From assembly GCA_965243185.1 (NCBI GenBank), contig OZ251531.1, forward strand, positions 543,665 through 607,664: a stretch of DNA of 64,000 nt, read 5' to 3'. Origin of the DNA: Dehalococcoidia bacterium. Its GTDB lineage: Bacteria > Chloroflexota > Dehalococcoidia > Lucifugimonadales > UBA3495. Under the pieces are notes generated by a model. It searched no databases. It was not told the origin of the DNA and saw only the letters and a program-made list of their open reading frames with translations. Shown here one piece after another: positions 54,323-63,012 of the stretch; position 1 is the stretch's first letter; each line of letters begins with the position of its first letter. A program made the translations under genes and the position numbers.

Positions 54323-57073
54323 TTACCGCTCTATCGCCAACTCGACCGCCCACAGCTGCCCTTGACCGGGAATATACTGCCCCGTCCTGATTTCGGCGAT
54401 GGGGTAGTCGGGTAGGGAAATCGTAGCCAGACATTTGCCGTCAAACCGCCCGCCTTGCCTAGCCAGGGGAAAGTCCCGGTTGGCAAAGCCGTGCGCCCGC
54501 CGCTCCGGCGGCAGGTCGGCGGCGTCCACCGGCACGATGTGCAGGAAAAACCGGGCGTCCATATCCGCCGCCGCGCAGGATTCCCGCCGGTAAATCAGCT
54601 TGTTACCTTGGCGATACAGGTCAAAAAAGCTCCGGGCGGCGGGTTCAGTGTCGGACACGGCGGCATCAGCCGCCCGCAAATCCGGCGGGTTAGCCTCCGG
54701 GTAGAAGACGCCCTCCCATTGGTCGGCTTGCCCGGTATGTATTTCGGCGATGGGGTAGTTGGGCAAGGGAACGACCGCGAAACACTGTCCCCCGGGCCAG
54801 CCGCCATAGCGGGACAAGAAAAAATCCTGATTGGCAAACCCGTACTCCCGCCGCTCCGGCGGCAACGCCGCCGGCTCCACCGGGTAAATATGCAGCTGAA
54901 ACCGGGTCTGGTAATCCCGCCGGGAACAGTCCTCTTTATAGTAAATCAGACGCTGCTTCCCCCCGTCCCCGGACTCCAGAAAAACCTCGAAGTCGCCGCG
55001 GAGGGAGATTTGCCGGGAGTTATCCCGCAGCGCCGCCACAATGTCCCCCAAGCCCGGGCCGGCAAAGCTGTGCCACTCCTCCCATTCAGCGTATTTTTCC
55101 TTCCCGGAATAGCCCTGCCCCACAATGATCTGGGCGATGGGGTAGTCGGGCAGACGAATTACTGCTAGACAGCGGCCATCCAAGCCCACCCCCAGATTGT
55201 AAAACTCTTGGTAGTCCCCAGCAGCGGGCAAACGCCCGGGGGGCTGGTTCCGGCCGGCGGGATAAACCCTCACGCCTAACTGCTTAGCCCGCTCCCCCGG
55301 CTGGCAGTTCTCCCGGATGAAAGTCAGGGTTTGCTCCTGGAAATGGACATCGTAGGGCGCGCGGATAATCGGCGGCGTAGTCCGGGCCTGGTCATAAAGC
55401 TCCCGGTACGCCGCCACCGCCGCCGGAGTCATCCGCGCGCCGTCCAGAGCCGCCAGGTTGACGACCGTATTGTTGTAAATGCGCTGGTGGATATAGTCCG
55501 AGTTAAAGGCCAAGTCCGGCCGGTGCGGGTAGCTCAGTCCATACAGCCGTTCAACCAGGGCGAAGTCCGGTTCCCGGCTCGTCGCGTTGAACTCCAGACG
55601 CCGCAGCTCCCCGGGCGGCAGAATGGCCTCCGCCGGCAGTACGCCCCGGGCCCGGGTATGCGCCCACACATTCAAAGTTTCCCCAGGGTAGCGTTCCAGC
55701 AGGGCTTTCAGCGCGTCTTGCGCCTCAAAGTTCCAGAACCCCATCTGATACCGGGTTTTCAGACGCTCCGGGGTGGTGCGATCCACCAGAAAGTTGAAGT
55801 AAATATATTGCAGGGGATGCAGCTGGATTATTTGCAGGACAATCAGCCCCAAACCCGCGCCGGCTAACCCATACAGCGCGACCCGCCAGCGGCGCTGCCG
55901 CCCGCGGAAAGCCCCGGCCAGCCAATGTACGCCCCATACCGCCAGCAGAGCAAACGGGACATACAAGTAATAGAGATGATGCCAGTCGTCGTAGGTATCG
56001 GTGCCCAGGATAATCACGGCCAGCGCCGGCAGGACGCAACAAGCCAGCAGCAAGGCGCCAAAACGCAGCCGGGTGTTGCCGAAAAACGCCCCGGGCCGGG
56101 CCGGGCCGCGCCCCATTACCGCCGCCATTCCAATAAGCCCCAGCAGCAAAACTAAAGGCGGCGTGGTGATGCTGAACCAGGTGGGCAGGTAATCCGGCGG
56201 CAGCTCCGTGGAATAAATCCATTCCCCCCGGAAAAGCAACGGCTGAATACCCAGATAGTCGGTGGTCAGCCGGAAACTGGTGACAAAGTAATCAACCGGA
56301 TTGGTCCAAAGCCAGGGCGACAGCGCGTACAAGGTTGCCGCAGCCAGCAGCGTGAACAGTCCAGCAGTCCCCAAGATGTGCCGCCGCCGCGACCGGTCCA
56401 CCGCGTAAAACCAGTCCAGTCCCCGCAACGCCCACACCCCCGGCAGCAGGATAATCCCCATAATCCGCAGGTCAGTCAAGACCCCGACCGCCACGCCCAG
56501 CAGCACAAAAGCCCCAACCGTATCCCGCCGCCAGGCCCGCTCCAGCAGGTAGAGGGCAATGCTGAACATACTGAGAAAGGGCAAATCCTTGGAGTTAAAG
56601 TAGGAATGGGCGTAAATCCGCGGATGCAGCACATAGAGCAGCAAGGCTAACAATGCCAGCAGCCGGCTGTTGAACAGCCGCCAGGTCAGCAGATAGCAGC
56701 AGAAGCCGCCGGCGATAAAGAACAAGTGCGTCAGGAATAACCGGAGCCGATGTATGTCATAGTAATCCTTTAACCCCAAGGCCCGCTCCGCCAGCAGCAG
56801 GGGCAGCTCAAAGGAAATGCCATAGACCTGATGAATGTGTGCCTTTACTTTGTAAAGGTCGCCGTGGCCCAGGATGTAGTCCAATCGGGTAGCAGCAATT
56901 CCCCGCTGCCCGCGCTCATCCCCGTCAAGGCCATAGTCTCCGGCCAAGGCCACGCCGACCAGCAGAAACAGCGCGCAGACAACCAGCGCGCCGTGGGCCG
57001 TCAGGAAATTGGCCGCCCGCCGCAAACCGGAATGGCGCCGGGATGGGGACATCAGGGGAATGCGTTCCAGCAT
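54323..57073 (-). CDS. GT-C fold membrane glycosyltransferase (PMT_2/ArnT-like, family 39/83-like) with a large C-terminal extracytoplasmic triple-repeat domain; paralog 1 of at least 4
   Basis: 916 aa. N-terminal ~440 aa has 10 or more hydrophobic helices, an acidic first loop (GDYGLDGDERGQRG) and RIYAHSYFNSKDLPFLSMF. The C-terminus has three ~95-aa modules, each ending LP(D/N)YPIA(E/Q)I..GQ. Confidence 0.7.
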   Translation of the reverse strand: MLERIPLMSPSRRHSGLRRAANFLTAHGALVVCALFLLVGVALAGDYGLDGDERGQRGIAATRLDYILGHGDLYKVKAHIHQVYGISFELPLLLAERALGLKDYYDIHRLRLFLTHLFFIAGGFCCYLLTWRLFNSRLLALLALLLYVLHPRIYAHSYFNSKDLPFLSMFSIALYLLERAWRRDTVGAFVLLGVAVGVLTDLRIMGIILLPGVWALRGLDWFYAVDRSRRRHILGTAGLFTLLAAATLYALSPWLWTNPVDYFVTSFRLTTDYLGIQPLLFRGEWIYSTELPPDYLPTWFSITTPPLVLLLGLIGMAAVMGRGPARPGAFFGNTRLRFGALLLACCVLPALAVIILGTDTYDDWHHLYYLYVPFALLAVWGVHWLAGAFRGRQRRWRVALYGLAGAGLGLIVLQIIQLHPLQYIYFNFLVDRTTPERLKTRYQMGFWNFEAQDALKALLERYPGETLNVWAHTRARGVLPAEAILPPGELRRLEFNATSREPDFALVERLYGLSYPHRPDLAFNSDYIHQRIYNNTVVNLAALDGARMTPAAVAAYRELYDQARTTPPIIRAPYDVHFQEQTLTFIRENCQPGERAKQLGVRVYPAGRNQPPGRLPAAGDYQEFYNLGVGLDGRCLAVIRLPDYPIAQIIVGQGYSGKEKYAEWEEWHSFAGPGLGDIVAALRDNSRQISLRGDFEVFLESGDGGKQRLIYYKEDCSRRDYQTRFQLHIYPVEPAALPPERREYGFANQDFFLSRYGGWPGGQCFAVVPLPNYPIAEIHTGQADQWEGVFYPEANPPDLRAADAAVSDTEPAARSFFDLYRQGNKLIYRRESCAAADMDARFFLHIVPVDAADLPPERRAHGFANRDFPLARQGGRFDGKCLATISLPDYPIAEIRTGQYIPGQGQLWAVELAIER

Positions 57074-57080
57074 AGGCCGG

Positions 57081-57089
57081 ATTATAGCA
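57081..57089 (-). promoter_or_regulatory. extended -10 promoter (TGCTATAAT, minus strand) giving a leaderless mRNA for paralog 1
   Basis: The reverse complement of attatagca is tgctataat. Only 7 nt (ccggcct) separate it from ATG 57073, and there is no SD. Confidence 0.55.
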
Positions 57090-57123
57090 TATAGCCGCCG
57101 CCATTAGCCGGAAAGGGGCGGCC

Positions 57124-59889
57124 TTACCGATCTATCGCCAACTCGACCGCCCACAGCTGCCCTTGCCCGGGAATATACTGCCCGGTCCGTATCTGAGCAA
57201 TGGGGTAGTCGGGCAAGGAAACTGTAGCCAGGCATTTCCCGTCAAACCGCCCGCCCTGCCGGGCCAAGGGAAAATCCCGGTTGGCAAAGCCATGCTCCCG
57301 CCGTTCCGGCAGCAGGTCGGCGGCGTCCACCGGGACGATGTGCAGGAAAAACCGGGCGACCGCGTCTCCCTCCGTGCAGGATTCCCTCCGGTAAATCAGT
57401 TCCTTGCCCCGGAGATACAGGTCAAAAAAGCTCCGGGCATCCGGTTCGACACCGAACAAACCGGCATCAGCCGCCCGTAAATCCGGCGGGTCGGCGGCCG
57501 GGTAGAGGATGCCCTCCCAAAGGTCGGCTTGCCCGGTATGTATTTCCGCGATGGGATAGTCCGGCAAGGGAACGATGGCGAAACACTCTCCCCCGGGCCA
57601 GCCGCCGTAGTGGGACAAGAGAAAATCCTGATTGGCAAAGCCGTGCGCCCGCCGCTTCGGCGGCAGCGCCGCCGGCTCCACCGGGTAAATATGCAGCTGA
57701 AACCGGGTCTGGTAGTCCTGCCGGGAACAGTCCCCTTTATAGTAAATCAGACGCTGCTTCCCCCCGTCCCCGGACTCCAGAAAAACCTCAAAATCGCTGC
57801 GAAGGGCGGTTTGTTGAGAGTTATCCCGCAGCGCCACCACAATCTCCCCCAAGTCCGGGCCGGCAAAGCTGTGCCACTCCTCCCAAAGGGCGTATTTTTC
57901 CTTGCCGGAATAGCCCTGCCCCACGATGATCTGGGCGATGGGATAGTCCGGCAGACGAATTACGGCCAGACAGCGGCCATCCAGGCCCACCCCCAGATTG
58001 TAAAACTCCGCGTAATCGCCGGCAGCCGGCAAGTGCCCGGTGGGCTGGTTCCGGCCGGCGGGATAAACCTTTACGCCCAAGCGGCCTTTCCGGTCGCCCG
58101 GCTGACAGTTCTCCCGAATGAAAGTCAGGGTTTGGTTCTGGAAATGGATGTCATAAGGCGCGCGGATAATCGGCGGCCTGGTCCTGGCCTGGTCGTAAAG
58201 CTCCCGGTACGCCGCCAGCGCTGCTGGGGTCATCCGCGCGCCATCCAGGGCCGCCAGGTTGACGATAGCATTGTTATAAATGCGCTGGTGGATATAGTCC
58301 GAGTTAAAGGCCAAGTCCGGCCGGTGGGGGTAACTCAGTCCATACAGCCGTTCAACCAGGGCAAAGTCCGGATCCCGGGTCGTCGCGTTGAACTCCAAAC
58401 GCCGCAGCTCCCCGGCCGGCAGAATGGCCTCCGCCGGCAGTACGCCCCGGGCCCGGGTATGCGCCCACACATTCAAGGTTTCCCCGGGGTAGCGTTCCAG
58501 CAGAGCTTTCAGCGCATCTTGCGCCTCCAAGTTCCAAAGCCCCATCTGATACCGGGTTTTCAGATACTCCGGGGTACTTCGATCCACCAGAAAGTTGAAG
58601 TAAATATATTGCAGGGGATGCAGCTGCACTATTTGCAGGGCAATCAACCCCAAGCCGGCGCCGGCTAACCCGTACAGCGCGACCCGCCCGCGCCGCCGAC
58701 CGCGAAAAGCCCCGGCCAGCCAATGCACACCCCACGCCGCCAGTAGCGCGAACGGAACATACAGGTAATAGAGATGCCGCCAGTCGTTGTAGGCATCGGC
58801 CCCCAGGATAATCACCGCCAGCGCCGTCAGGACAAAACAAGCCAGCAGCAGGGCGCCAAAACGCAGCCGGGTGTTGCCGAAAAACGCCCCGGGACGCGCC
58901 ACGCCGCGCCCCACTACTGCCGCCATTCCGCTAAACCCCAGCAGCAAAACTAAAGGCGGCGTAGTGATGCTGAACCAGGTAGGCAGATAATCCGGCGGCA
59001 AGTCCGTGGAATAAATCAATTCCCCCCGGAAAAGCAGCGGCTGAATACCCAGATAGTCGGTGGTCAGCCGGAAACTGGTGATAAAGTAGTCGCCAGGATT
59101 GATCCAAAGCCAAGGCGACAGCGCATACAGGGTCGCTGCAGCCAGTAGCGTGAACAGCCCGGCAGTCACCAGAATGCGCCGGCGTTCCGACCGGCCCACC
59201 GCGTAAATCCAGTCCAGTCCCCGCAGCGCCCACACCCCCGGCAGCAGCATAATTCCCATAATCCGCAGGTCAGTCAGTATCCCTACCGCCACGCCCAGCA
59301 GCGCAAAGGCCCCCACCGTATCCCGCCGCAAAGCCCGCTCCAGCAGGTAAAGGGCAATGCTGAACATACTGAGAAAAGGCAAATCCTTGGAATTAAAGTA
59401 GGAATGAGCGTAAATCCGCGGATGCAGCACATAGAGCAGCAGAGCCAGTAATGCCAGCAGCCGGTTGTTGAACAGCCGCCAAGTCAGCAGATAGCAGCAG
59501 AAGCCGCCGGCGATAAAGAACAAGTGGGTCAGGAATAATCGGAGCCGATGTATGTCATAGTAATCCTCCAACCCCAAGGCCCGCTCCGCCAGCAGCAGGG
59601 GCAGCTGAAAGGAAATGCCATAGACCTCATGGGGAATGTAGGGCTTTAATACCGGTATTTTGTCAAAAGTAAGGTCGCCGTGGCCCAGGATGTAGTCCCA
59701 ATGGGTAGCAGCAAGTCCCCGTTGCCCGGTCTCATCCCGGTCAAGGCCGTAGTCTCCGGCCAGGGCCACGCCGACCAGCAGAAACAAGGCGCAGACAACC
59801 AGCGCGCCGTGGGCCGTCAGGAAATTGGCCGCCCGCCGCAAACCGGAATGGCGCCGGGATGGGGACATCAGGGGAATGCGTTCCAGCAT
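57124..59889 (-). CDS. GT-C fold membrane glycosyltransferase with C-terminal triple-repeat domain; paralog 2
   Basis: 921 aa, colinear with paralog 1. The first 50 aa are identical. It diverges in the first extracytoplasmic loop (DRDETGQRGLAATHWDY...TFDKIPVLKPYIPHEVYG). Confidence 0.7.
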   Translation of the reverse strand: MLERIPLMSPSRRHSGLRRAANFLTAHGALVVCALFLLVGVALAGDYGLDRDETGQRGLAATHWDYILGHGDLTFDKIPVLKPYIPHEVYGISFQLPLLLAERALGLEDYYDIHRLRLFLTHLFFIAGGFCCYLLTWRLFNNRLLALLALLLYVLHPRIYAHSYFNSKDLPFLSMFSIALYLLERALRRDTVGAFALLGVAVGILTDLRIMGIMLLPGVWALRGLDWIYAVGRSERRRILVTAGLFTLLAAATLYALSPWLWINPGDYFITSFRLTTDYLGIQPLLFRGELIYSTDLPPDYLPTWFSITTPPLVLLLGFSGMAAVVGRGVARPGAFFGNTRLRFGALLLACFVLTALAVIILGADAYNDWRHLYYLYVPFALLAAWGVHWLAGAFRGRRRGRVALYGLAGAGLGLIALQIVQLHPLQYIYFNFLVDRSTPEYLKTRYQMGLWNLEAQDALKALLERYPGETLNVWAHTRARGVLPAEAILPAGELRRLEFNATTRDPDFALVERLYGLSYPHRPDLAFNSDYIHQRIYNNAIVNLAALDGARMTPAALAAYRELYDQARTRPPIIRAPYDIHFQNQTLTFIRENCQPGDRKGRLGVKVYPAGRNQPTGHLPAAGDYAEFYNLGVGLDGRCLAVIRLPDYPIAQIIVGQGYSGKEKYALWEEWHSFAGPDLGEIVVALRDNSQQTALRSDFEVFLESGDGGKQRLIYYKGDCSRQDYQTRFQLHIYPVEPAALPPKRRAHGFANQDFLLSHYGGWPGGECFAIVPLPDYPIAEIHTGQADLWEGILYPAADPPDLRAADAGLFGVEPDARSFFDLYLRGKELIYRRESCTEGDAVARFFLHIVPVDAADLLPERREHGFANRDFPLARQGGRFDGKCLATVSLPDYPIAQIRTGQYIPGQGQLWAVELAIDR

Positions 59890-59896
59890 AGGCCGG

Positions 59897-59905
59897 ATTA
59901 TAGCA
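59897..59905 (-). promoter_or_regulatory. extended -10 promoter (TGCTATAAT, minus strand), leaderless start of paralog 2
   Basis: Same tgctataat-ccggcct-ATG arrangement as at 57073-57089. Confidence 0.55.
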
Positions 59906-59912
59906 TATAGCC

Positions 59913-60011
59913 GGTTCCGTTCGATGGTGGCGTACTGCGACTTTACTGCCTATTGAGCTGTACGAATTTTCCGTACAGTTGAAAATGCGGTACGCCCCAT
60001 CGCACGGAACC
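59913..60011. repeat. 99-bp inverted-repeat element (MITE-like or structured intergenic RNA), copy 1
   Basis: Arms ggttccgttcgatggtggcgtac (59913-59935) and gtacgccccatcgcacggaacc (59990-60011) pair over ~20 bp, with two mismatches and one bulge. Inner hairpin ctgtacgAATTTTCcgtacag (59958-59978). It is absent from the otherwise homologous 57074-57123 spacer. Confidence 0.7.
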
Positions 60012-60056
60012 GAACTAACCGGGTGGCCCGCCGCCATTAGCCGGAAAGGGGCGGCC

Positions 60057-62831
60057 TTACCGCCCCACTGCCAACTCGACCGCCCACAGTTGCCCTTGCC
60101 CGGGAATATACTGGCCGGTCCGTATCTCGGCAATGGGGTACTCGGGCAAAGAAACTGTGGCCAGGCATTTGCCGTCAAACCGCCCGCCCTGCCGGGCCAA
60201 GGGAAAGTCCCGGTTGGCAAAGCCGTGGGGCCTCCGCTCCGGCGGCAGGTCGGCGGCATCCACCGGGATGATGTGCAGGAAAAACCGGGCGGTCGCATCG
60301 GCCGCCACGCAGGATTCCCGCCGGTAAATCAGCTTGTTACCTTGGCGATACAGGTCAAAAAAGCTCCGGGCGTCCGGTTCGACGCCGGACAAACCGGCAT
60401 CAGCCGCCCGCAAATCCGGCGGGTCAGCTTCCGGGTAGAGGACGCCTTCCCAAAGGTCGGCTTGCCCGGTATGTATTTCGGCGATGGGGTAGTCCGGCAA
60501 AGGAACGACGGCGAAACACTCTCCCCCGGGCCAGCCGCCGTAGTGGGACAAGAGAAAATCCCGATTGGCAAAGCCGTACTCCCGCCGCTCCGGCAGCAGC
60601 GCCGCCGGCTCCACCGGGTAAATATGCAGCTGAAACCGGGTCTGGTAATCCTGCCGGGAACAGTCCCCTTTATAGTAAATCAGCCGTTGGTCGCCATTGT
60701 CCCCGGACTCCAGAAAAATCTCAAAATCGCCGCGGCGGGCGGTTTGTTGAGAGTTATCCCGCAGCGCCGCCACAATCTCCCCCAAGTCCGGGCCGGCAAA
60801 GCTGTGCCACTCCTCCCATTCAGCGTATTTTTCCTTGCCGGAATAGCCTTGCCCCACGATGACCTGGGCGATGGGATAGTCCGGTAGCCGAATTACGGCC
60901 AGGCAGCGGCCATCCAGTCCCACCCCCAGATTGTAAAACTCTTGGTAGTCCCCAGCAGCGGGCCGCCAAGCATTCGGCAATCCTCCGGAGGGCTGGTTCC
61001 GGCCGGCGGGATAAACCTTTACGCCCAAGCGGCCTTTCCGGTCGCCCGGCTGGCAGTTCTCCCGGATGAAAGTCAGGGTTTGCTCCTGGAAATGGACATC
61101 GTAGGGCGCGCGGATGATGGGCGGCGTAGTCTGGGCTCGGTCATAAAGCTCCCGGTACGCCGCCAGCGCTGCCGGAGTCATCCGCGCGCCATCCAAGGCC
61201 GCCAGGTTGACGACCGTATTGTTATAAATGCGCTGGTGGCTATAGTCCGAGTTGAAAGCCAGATCCGGCCGGTGCGGGTAACTCAGTCCATACAGCCGTT
61301 CAACCAGGGCAAAGTCCGGATCCCGGGTCGTCGCGTTGAACTCCAGACGCCGCAGCTCCCCGGGCGGCAGAATGGCCTCCGCCGGCAGCACACCCCGGGC
61401 CCGGGTATGCGCCCACACATTCAAGGTTTCCCCGGGATAGCGTTCCAGCAGAACTTTCAGCGCGTCTTGCGCCTCCAAGTTCCAAAGCCCCATCTGATAC
61501 CGGGCTTTCAGATGCTCCGGGGTGGTGCGATCCACCAGAAAGTTGAAGTAAATATATTGCAGGGGATGCAGCTGCACTATTTGCAGGGCAATCAGCCCCA
61601 AGCCCGCGCCGGCCAACCCATACAGCGCGACCCGCCAGCGCCGCCGCCCGCGGAAAGCCCCGGCCAGCCAATGGGCCCCAAAAGCCGCCAGCAGCGCGAA
61701 AGGGACATACAGGTAATAGAGATGTCGCCAGTCGTTATAGGTATTTGCGCCGAGGATAATCACCACCAACGCCGGCAGGACGAAACAAGCCAGCAGCAGG
61801 GCGCCAAAACGCAGCCGGGTGTTGCTGAAAAACGCCCCGGGATGGGCCACACCGCGCCCCGCTACCACGCCGCTTCCGACCACTCCCAGCAGCAAAACCA
61901 GCGGCGGCGTGGTGATGCTGAACCAAGTGGGCAGGTAATCCGGCGGCAGCTCCGTGGAATAAATCCATTCCCCCCGGAAAAGCGTCGTCATAATATCCAG
62001 ATAGTCGGTGGTCAGCCGGAAACTGGTGACAAAGTAATCAACCGGATTGGTCCAAAGCCAAGGCGACAGCGCGTACAGGGTCGCCGCAAAAATCAGCGTG
62101 AACAGCCCGGCCATCCCCAGAATGCGCCGGCGTTCCGACCGGCCCACCGCGTAAATCCAGTCCAGTCCCCGCAGCGCCCACACCCCCGGCAGCAGCATAA
62201 TCCCCATAACCCGCAGGTCGGTCAATACCCCTACGGCTACGCCCAGCAAAGCAAAAGCGCCGACCGTATCCCGCCGCAAAGCCCGCTCCAGCAAGTAGAG
62301 GGCAATGCTGAACATACTCAGAAAGGGCAAATCCTTGGAATTAAAATAGGAATGGGCGTAAATCCGCGGATGCAGCACATAGAGAAGCAAGGCTAACAAT
62401 GCCAGCAGCCGGTTGTTGAACAGCCGCCAAGTCAGCAGATAGCAGCAGAAGCCGCCGGCGATAAAGAACAAGTGCGTCAGAACTAAACGGAGCCGGTGGA
62501 CATCATAGTAATCCTCCAACCCCGAAGCCCGCTCCGCCAGCAACAGGGGCAACTGAAAGGAAATGCCATATGCTAGATGCCATGGCTTCAGCGCCTGTAT
62601 TTTGTCAAAAGTAAGGTCGCCGTGGCCCAGGATATAGTCCCATTGGACAACAGTAATTCCCCGCTGCCAGTGCTCATCCGCGCTGATGCCGTAGTCTCCG
62701 GCCAGGGCCACGCCGACCAGCAGAAACAGCGCGCATACAACCAGCGCGCTGTGGGCCGTCAGGAAATTGGCCGCCCACTGCAAACCGGAAAGGAGTCGGG
62801 ATGGGGGCATCCGGGAAATGCGTTCCAGCAT
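60057..62831 (-). CDS. GT-C fold membrane glycosyltransferase with C-terminal triple-repeat domain; paralog 3
   Basis: 924 aa, colinear with paralogs 1 and 2. Distinct N-terminus (MLERISRMPPSRLLSGLQW) and loop 1 (SADEHWQRGITVVQWDY). Has the extra LPNAWRP insertion in the first C-terminal module. Confidence 0.7.
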   Translation of the reverse strand: MLERISRMPPSRLLSGLQWAANFLTAHSALVVCALFLLVGVALAGDYGISADEHWQRGITVVQWDYILGHGDLTFDKIQALKPWHLAYGISFQLPLLLAERASGLEDYYDVHRLRLVLTHLFFIAGGFCCYLLTWRLFNNRLLALLALLLYVLHPRIYAHSYFNSKDLPFLSMFSIALYLLERALRRDTVGAFALLGVAVGVLTDLRVMGIMLLPGVWALRGLDWIYAVGRSERRRILGMAGLFTLIFAATLYALSPWLWTNPVDYFVTSFRLTTDYLDIMTTLFRGEWIYSTELPPDYLPTWFSITTPPLVLLLGVVGSGVVAGRGVAHPGAFFSNTRLRFGALLLACFVLPALVVIILGANTYNDWRHLYYLYVPFALLAAFGAHWLAGAFRGRRRWRVALYGLAGAGLGLIALQIVQLHPLQYIYFNFLVDRTTPEHLKARYQMGLWNLEAQDALKVLLERYPGETLNVWAHTRARGVLPAEAILPPGELRRLEFNATTRDPDFALVERLYGLSYPHRPDLAFNSDYSHQRIYNNTVVNLAALDGARMTPAALAAYRELYDRAQTTPPIIRAPYDVHFQEQTLTFIRENCQPGDRKGRLGVKVYPAGRNQPSGGLPNAWRPAAGDYQEFYNLGVGLDGRCLAVIRLPDYPIAQVIVGQGYSGKEKYAEWEEWHSFAGPDLGEIVAALRDNSQQTARRGDFEIFLESGDNGDQRLIYYKGDCSRQDYQTRFQLHIYPVEPAALLPERREYGFANRDFLLSHYGGWPGGECFAVVPLPDYPIAEIHTGQADLWEGVLYPEADPPDLRAADAGLSGVEPDARSFFDLYRQGNKLIYRRESCVAADATARFFLHIIPVDAADLPPERRPHGFANRDFPLARQGGRFDGKCLATVSLPEYPIAEIRTGQYIPGQGQLWAVELAVGR

Positions 62832-62838
62832 AGGCCGG

Positions 62839-62847
62839 ATTATAGCA
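62839..62847 (-). promoter_or_regulatory. extended -10 promoter (TGCTATAAT, minus strand), leaderless start of paralog 3
   Basis: Same tgctataat-ccggcct-ATG arrangement. Confidence 0.55.
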
Positions 62848-62854
62848 TATAGCC

Positions 62855-62953
62855 GGTTCCGTTCGATGGTGGCGCCCTGCGACTTTACTGCCTATTGAAC
62901 TGTACGAATTTTCCGTACAGGTCAAAATGCCGTACGCCCCATCGCACGGAACC
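62855..62953. repeat. 99-bp inverted-repeat element, copy 2
   Basis: Homolog of 59913-60011, in the same position relative to the promoter. The left arm end is gcgccc instead of gcgtac; the inner hairpin is ctgtacgaattttccgtacag. Confidence 0.7.
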
Positions 62954-63012
62954 CGAACTAACCATGTCGTCCCGCCCGCCGGCAAGCCGCCATTAGCGGG
63001 AAAGGGGCGGAC

